Shown here: in pieces, positions 58,654-64,000 of the stretch
Layout of the letters: each line of letters begins with the position of its first letter
Position numbering within the stretch: the first letter of the stretch is position 1
NCBI GenBank assembly: GCA_963750165.1
Contig: CAVVPN010000010.1
Location: 1-64,000 of the forward strand
DNA: 64,000 bases
From: an uncultured Gemmataceae bacterium
GTDB lineage: Bacteria > Planctomycetota > Planctomycetia > Gemmatales > Gemmataceae
Direction: 5' to 3'
The notes under the pieces: model-generated
Database searches by the model: none
What the model was told of the DNA's origin: nothing
Seen by the model: only the letters and a program-made list of their open reading frames with translations
Program-made: the position numbers and the translations under genes

Positions 58654-59613
58654 TCACTTGCGTCGCCACAGATGCGCCTCGGGCACGCCCAGCCGCGCCG
58701 CCGCCGCACGGATATCCGCGAAGAAGCGCGTCGCGTCGGTCGGATAGCCGGCGGTCGGCTTCAGCCCCGGGACGTGCCGCTGCCAGAATTCGTTGAACTG
58801 CGCCATCAGCACTTCGCGGACGTACTTGCTCAGCATCGACGCCAGCGCCACGCACAGGTGGTCCGCCTCCGCTCGCGGCTGGATCGTGAGCTGCACCGGC
58901 CGCTTCGCCCCCTGCAGCCGATAGACGCTGCGCAGCGCCCCTTCCTCGTTCGCCATCACGACACCATCCTCGAACGCCGGCTGCAACTGCGGAGCGTAAT
59001 TATTGCGGCCGCCGTGCTTGTCCACGAAGAAATACAGGGCGTCCTCCGGCAGCGCCTGCTGGGCGGCGCGCACCAGTTCCGCCAGGGCAATCGCCAGCAC
59101 GGTCCCCTTGCTGTCGTAGCGGTCGAGCAGTTCGTTGAAGCGCTTCGCGCAGACGATGACGCTGCGCACGAAGCCGACCTGCACCTGCCGCTCACAGCAG
59201 GTTCCGTGGAAGTGCTCGGCGGCCGTGCGCCAGTCCTCGGCCGCGGCCTGCAGCGGCAGCCCGGTGCCGCCGGCGTACCACAACTCTGCGGCGAGTTCAT
59301 CAAGGTACTTCAGACAGTAGCGGTCGAGAAAATCCGCGACGCTGAGCGGCCTGGCGTCGGGGCACAGGGCGGGCCAGACCGCGGCCTCCAGGTTGCGCAG
59401 CGGTTTGGCGCCGGCGTGGACGAGTTTCGAGTCATCGATGAGCAGGCGGTCGCGGCCGTGGCGTTCGCCGTGGCGGCGCACCGCCGGCTGCAACGCTTCC
59501 CAGAGGTTCGCGGCCGTCAGCGGCTCCGGCACGCGGAAGGCGACGGCCGACATGACGAAGGGGCCGAGGTTGGGGCCGTAGCCCGCCTCATCAACGCCGA
59601 TGATCCAGGGCAT
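58654..59613 (-). CDS. RNase HII-like protein
   Basis: GVDEAGYGPNLGP, DDSK, VALASM.SKY, AGYP. Confidence 0.75.
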   Translation of the reverse strand: MPWIIGVDEAGYGPNLGPFVMSAVAFRVPEPLTAANLWEALQPAVRRHGERHGRDRLLIDDSKLVHAGAKPLRNLEAAVWPALCPDARPLSVADFLDRYCLKYLDELAAELWYAGGTGLPLQAAAEDWRTAAEHFHGTCCERQVQVGFVRSVIVCAKRFNELLDRYDSKGTVLAIALAELVRAAQQALPEDALYFFVDKHGGRNNYAPQLQPAFEDGVVMANEEGALRSVYRLQGAKRPVQLTIQPRAEADHLCVALASMLSKYVREVLMAQFNEFWQRHVPGLKPTAGYPTDATRFFADIRAAAARLGVPEAHLWRRK

Positions 59614-59701
59614 GAAAAGCTGCCTCCGTGCGCTCGGTTGAACGGGGGAGCGACCTTTGCTATTGTAGCCGCACCGCCAACCCCAAAGGAGGAGCAGCCC
59701 C

Positions 59702-60046
59702 ATGATGACTGACAACATTTTCCTGAAGATCATCGAGAAGAAAATCCCGGCGACCATCCTTCACGAGGACGAGCACTGCGTGGCCTTCCGCGACGTGAAT
59801 CCGCAGGCCCCCGTTCATGTGCTCATCGTCCCGCGAAAGGTCATCGCCACCCACGACGATCTGACGCCGGCGGACGCCCAGCTCGTGGGCCACCTGCACC
59901 TGGTCGCGGTACAACTGGCCAAACAGCTCGACCTCGGCAAGGGCTATCGCCTGGTGCTCAACTGCCGCGAGCAGGCCGGTCAGACGGTGCCGCACCTGCA
60001 CCTGCACTTGCTGGGCGGCCGGCCGATGGGATGGCCGCCGGGCTGA
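59702..60046 (+). CDS. HIT family nucleotide-binding protein
   Basis: GQTVPHLHLHLLGGR. Confidence 0.92.
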   Translation: MMTDNIFLKIIEKKIPATILHEDEHCVAFRDVNPQAPVHVLIVPRKVIATHDDLTPADAQLVGHLHLVAVQLAKQLDLGKGYRLVLNCREQAGQTVPHLHLHLLGGRPMGWPPG

Positions 60047-60049
60047 GGG

Positions 60050-60118
60050 TGGCGAGCGGCGCGGCGTCAGCCCGCTGGTGTTGAGAACTACCGGCGGGCT
60101 GACGCCGCGCCGCTCGCC
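60050..60118. repeat. REP-like palindrome
   Basis: GGCGAGCGGCGCGGCGTCAGCCCGC...GCGGGCTGACGCCGCGCCGCTCGCC. Confidence 0.8.
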
Positions 60119-60151
60119 GCGTCCAACGCTTTTCGAGGATTTCTCCAGGGC

Positions 60152-60892
60152 ATGCTCGACCTCATCCCCGTACTGGACGTGCAGGGCGGCGTGGTGGTGC
60201 GCGGCATCGCTGGCCGCCGCGCCGAGTACCGGCCCGTCGTCAGCCGCCTGACGGCCAGCGCCGAGCCGCTGGCGGTCGCGGCGGCGTTTCGCGCACACTT
60301 CGGCCTGTCGCGCTGCTACCTGGCGGACCTGGACGCCATCGCGGGCGATCCGCCGGCGCTGGGGCTGTATGCCGCCCTGCACGCGGCCGGCTGCACGCTC
60401 TGGGTGGACGCGGGCGTGCGCACGGCCCGGGGCGCGGCGCCGCTGGTGGCCGCCGGCGTGGACACGGTCATCGCCGGGCTGGAGACGCTGGCCGGGCCAG
60501 AGGTGCTGGCGGAGTTGTGCGGCACGCTCGGCCCGGAGCGCGTGCTGTTCTCACTGGACCTCAAGTCCGGTCAACCGCTGGCCGCCGCGACCACCTGGCC
60601 GGAGCGCGACCCGGCGGCACTGGCGGCGCGGGCGGTCGGCCTGGGTGTGCGGCGCGTGCTGGTGCTGGACCTGGCCAGCGTTGGCGTCGGCGGCGGCACC
60701 GGCACGGAGGCGCTGTGCCGGCAACTGGCGGCGGACCATCCCGAAGTGACGGTGGTTGCCGGTGGCGGCGTGCGCGACGTGGTGGATCTGCGGCGGCTGG
60801 CGGCGGTGGGGGTGCGCGGCGTGCTGCTGGCGTCGGCGCTGCACGACGGCCGCATCACGGCGGAGCAACTGGCGAAGTTCACGAAACAATGA
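60152..60892 (+). CDS. HisA/HisF-related TIM barrel (methanopterin-pathway-associated type)
   Basis: IPVLD..GVVVRG.AGRRAEYRP, YLADLDAI, VDAG, SLDL, GGGVR. Confidence 0.8.
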   Translation: MLDLIPVLDVQGGVVVRGIAGRRAEYRPVVSRLTASAEPLAVAAAFRAHFGLSRCYLADLDAIAGDPPALGLYAALHAAGCTLWVDAGVRTARGAAPLVAAGVDTVIAGLETLAGPEVLAELCGTLGPERVLFSLDLKSGQPLAAATTWPERDPAALAARAVGLGVRRVLVLDLASVGVGGGTGTEALCRQLAADHPEVTVVAGGGVRDVVDLRRLAAVGVRGVLLASALHDGRITAEQLAKFTKQ

Positions 60893-60937
60893 CGGGGCGG
60901 CGCGCCAACCGGACGCGCCGCCCCGCTTTCAAGTCGC

Positions 60938-61618
60938 TCAGCCATTCGCGGCCTGGATCAATTCATTCACCTTGGACTGCATCTTCACCATCCACACCAG
61001 CATCATGATGTAACCGATTGGCATGGTGCAGCAGATCACGCTCAGAACCATGGGCGTCAAGGGGTCGGAAAGATCGGGTTCCAGGCCGTACCGCTCGCAC
61101 TGCTCGTTGATCCGCGTCGCCAGCCGCCGGTACACGAGCCAGATGCCGTAGAACATATTCAGACCTGGCACAAGCAACAGGATGAGCGTCTTGCTAAAGT
61201 TGGGGTCGTCCTCGCGTTCCACGGGCAGTTTATCGTGGATCGTGGCGATGTGGATGAGGGGGTAGATGCCGAAGGTAACCATCCCAAGCAGGATGAGCAT
61301 GCCGGGGCTCACTTCCTTGAGATCGCGAATGTCTCCGCCGCCGCCACCACCACCGCCGCGCTTCTTCTTGCGCGGACGGTCGTCCTCGTCCTCATCCCGG
61401 CGACGGCGGCCGACGGGCTGTTCTTCCTCAATCTCCTCCTCGTCGCGCGGCCGGCGCGGCGGCGCCTTGGGTGCGGCGGCCGGCGCCGGCGGCGAACCGG
61501 CCTTGAGTCCCGGCACCTTGAGCACCGTCTGACAGCCGGGACACTTGACGCTCTTGCCTGCCCACTCGTCCTTGGCTTGCAAGGTTTTGCCACAAGAACA
61601 GGTCACCATGATGGCCAT
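60938..61618 (-). CDS. Zinc-ribbon / DUF4234-like membrane protein
   Basis: CSCGK..CPGC; LLGMVTFGIY; MQSKVN. Confidence 0.7.
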   Translation of the reverse strand: MAIMVTCSCGKTLQAKDEWAGKSVKCPGCQTVLKVPGLKAGSPPAPAAAPKAPPRRPRDEEEIEEEQPVGRRRRDEDEDDRPRKKKRGGGGGGGGDIRDLKEVSPGMLILLGMVTFGIYPLIHIATIHDKLPVEREDDPNFSKTLILLLVPGLNMFYGIWLVYRRLATRINEQCERYGLEPDLSDPLTPMVLSVICCTMPIGYIMMLVWMVKMQSKVNELIQAANG

Positions 61619-61956
61619 GCAGGGATCTCCAGCAACGATTTCACGCGGGCTGTGCGGTGACAGCCATGAGAACAAAGTCGATGACGCCAGGCAAGCAGCT
61701 TTTTCGAGGACGACCCCGGCCGCCCCACCGGGATGGGCCGGTTCAGGGCGGCCTGGGGACGAGGCCCTTGTCCTCTCCTCCCATAGACACCGTGCCCCGG
61801 AGGCGGGCGCGGGCAGGGCAAAAAAATCGCTTGGGGTGCCACGAGAACCGGGGGGAGTACGGTCGAAGGGCACGGGCATCAAGGGAGGTTAGAAAAGAGG
61901 ATACAACCTCGGCCGCCGATCCGCAAGCCCCCCGCTTCTTTGCTGCCGCTTGCGGC

Positions 61957-62867
61957 TTAGCGCACGATCTTCGTCTTGGCCAGCGCCTTGCGTAGCTGTT
62001 GCATGCCAGCGTCGTTGATCTTCGTGCCCACCAGATGGAGCGACTCCAGCTGCGTCAGCGTCTGCAAGTGCCGCACCGCTGCGTCGCCGACCGGCGTGCC
62101 TTCCAGGTCCAGGCGCTTCAGCCCCTTCAGCGCCTTCAACGCGGCCAGGCCCGCGTCACTGACCTTCGTGTCAAACAGGTGCAACTCCTGCAGGGCAGCA
62201 AAATGCTTCAACTCCTTGAGACCCTCGTCGCCAACCGCCGGGCCGCTCAGGCGAAGCGTTTGCAGGTGCTTCAGTCCCTTCAACTGGGCCAGTCCCGCGT
62301 TGGTGACCGACGTGCTCGTCAGGTCGAGCGCGCGAAGGTTGACCAGCGGCTGGAGCGCCTTGAGCCCCGCGTCGGTGACGGCGGTGTAGCTCAGGTCCAG
62401 CGCCTGAAGCCGCGTCAACGTTTCCAGGTTCGCCAGGCTGGCGTCGTTGATTTTGGGGCCGCCCCCACCGCCGCCGAACTTGCCGCCGAACTTGCCGCCG
62501 CCCTTGCCGCCGCCCTTGCCACCCTTACCGCCCCCGCCTTCGCCGAGCCGGGCGTCGCGCAGGTCGAGTTGCTCCAGCTGCGTCAGCTCGCCGAGCCGCT
62601 TCAGAGCGGCGCCGTTGATGGTGGCACTGGTCAGGTCCAGGTGGCGCAGCGTCTGGAGCGGCTTCAGTTCCTCCAGGGCCTTGTCGGAAAACACGCCGAC
62701 GAAGAAGCTGACCTGAAAGACCCCCGTTTTGTCCGCGAGCGCCCGGCCGCCGACCTTCTTGAGGTCCGCGACGATCCGTTCCTGCTCCTGCTTGTCCGGC
62801 TGCGCCGCGCCGCCCCCGGCACGGCCAGCCCGACCGCCATCGCCGCCACCACCCAGTACCTGACCAT
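61957..62867 (-). CDS. Secreted LRR protein (frameshift near 62815)
   Basis: VTDAGLKAL repeats; signal peptide in the adjacent frame. Confidence 0.85.
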
Positions 62868-62974
62868 GATTGCCCCCGTTCATTCAGCCGCTGGCGCCTT
62901 CTCTTTCGCGGCGCCTCCCTGATAATAACCCCGACCAACCCGCATCGTCCCGTTCCGCACGCAAGGGCATCCCC

Positions 62975-64000
62975 GTGACCACCGCCGTCCTGCGACCGCC
63001 GCCGTCCGACCCGGCGCCGCTCTTTGACCTGTTCCGCGGCAACTTCGCCACCGAACTGCTCACCGCCGCCAGCGCTCACCTGAACGTCTTCGGCCGCCTC
63101 GCCGCGTCCGGCCCACGGTCGTTCGCCGACCTGGGCGCCGACCTCGGTCTGCAACCGCGGCCGCTGCAGGTGCTGCTGACCGCCTTGCAGGCGTTCGCTC
63201 TGCTGCGGCACGACGGCGGCCGCTACGACCTGACGCCGCTGGCGCGCACGCATCTGGTGCCCGGCGGCGACCACGACATCAGCGGTTACCTGAACCTGGT
63301 GGCCGAGAGCGCCGGCGTGCGCGACATGGTGGAGCGGCTGCGCAGCAATGTGCCGGCGGGCGCGCAGGACGAGCAGCAGGGCGCTGCCTTCATCTACCGC
63401 GAAGGGCTGGAATCGGCGATGGAGCGCGAGCAGAGCGCCCGTCACCTGACGCTGGCACTGGCCGGTCGCGCGCGCAACGTCGGCCCGGTCCTGGCCCAGC
63501 AATACCCGCTGGCGGACGCGCACCGCCTGCTGGACGTGGGCGGCGGCAGCGGCCTGTACAGCGTCGCCTGGCTGCAACGGCACCTGGGGCTGCGGGCCGT
63601 CGTGTGGGACCGGCCGGAGGTGCTCAAGGTCGCCGCGGAGCTGGCCGCGACCCACGGCGTCGCGGAGCGGTTGGAATGTCAGCCCGGCGACATGTTCACG
63701 GACCCGGTGCCGGCCGGCTGTGACGTGGTGCTGTTCTCCAACGTGCTGCACGACTGGGATGTGCCGCAGTGCCGCGAATTGATCGGCCGCACCGCGGTGG
63801 CGCTGCCGGCGGGCGGCCGGTTGCTGATCCATGACGTGTTTCTGAACGACACGCTGGACGGTCCGTTACCGCTGGCGCTGTACTCGGCGGCGCTGTTCAC
63901 GCTCTCGGAGGGCCGGGCCTACAGCGCGGCGGAGTATCGCGACTGGCTCAGCGCGGCCGGGCTGACGCCGGGCGCGGTAGTGCCGACGCTGATTCATTGT
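62975..64000 (+). CDS. SAM-dependent O-methyltransferase (partial)
   Basis: LLDVGGGSG, GDMF, SNVLHDW, LPAGGRLLIHD; runs off the window. Confidence 0.85.
   Translation, partial: MTTAVLRPPPSDPAPLFDLFRGNFATELLTAASAHLNVFGRLAASGPRSFADLGADLGLQPRPLQVLLTALQAFALLRHDGGRYDLTPLARTHLVPGGDHDISGYLNLVAESAGVRDMVERLRSNVPAGAQDEQQGAAFIYREGLESAMEREQSARHLTLALAGRARNVGPVLAQQYPLADAHRLLDVGGGSGLYSVAWLQRHLGLRAVVWDRPEVLKVAAELAATHGVAERLECQPGDMFTDPVPAGCDVVLFSNVLHDWDVPQCRELIGRTAVALPAGGRLLIHDVFLNDTLDGPLPLALYSAALFTLSEGRAYSAAEYRDWLSAAGLTPGAVVPTLIHC

Noticed and set aside
347..62867. Widespread pseudogenisation (frameshifts in ubiX, DUF1501, ECF sigma, amidohydrolase, kinase, MazG and others)
   Set aside because: Single-base indels in otherwise intact, conserved genes, often in GC runs, are better explained by long-read consensus errors; needs polishing to confirm.
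1..64000. CRISPR array
   Set aside because: No regularly spaced direct repeats with unique spacers and no cas genes seen.

Overview
High-GC bacterial chromosome segment, very probably from a planctomycete (Gemmataceae-like), judged from DUF1501, DUF1549/DUF1553, DUF1559, planctomycete cytochrome-c/WD40, extended ECF sigma and LRR genes. Many genes carry single-base frameshifts that look like long-read indel errors. (1) 1-9506 is the right part of an integrative element ending in the 3' half of tRNA-Thr(CGT). It carries a thymine-hypermodification-type cassette (aGPT-Pplase1/5hmdU-kinase, APH-fold kinase, MazG+MazG_C) and an unusual backbone: three paralogous mini-HTH genes, a TraR/DksA finger, a clamp-loader-like AAA+, an apparently ATPase-less replication protein and DUF1580. 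(2) 9.5-20.8 kb is core genes (rbsK, ffh-rpsP-trmD-rplS, yraN, tyrS, Hsp70-like). (3) 20.8-23.8 kb is a pile of mobile-DNA fragments: MITE, IS630, phage capsid, DGR relic and an unannotated overlapping gene pair. (4) 23.8-38.7 kb is a DUF1501-DUF1549/53-WD40 operon filled with toxin-antitoxin and toxin-immunity cassettes, bracketed by diverged duplicates of the host genes' own termini. (5) 38.8-64 kb is mostly core and secreted-protein genes with many REP-like palindromes, an in-frame MITE inside a gene and an IS701 inserted into a REP. All family assignments come from motif recognition by eye; no searches were run.
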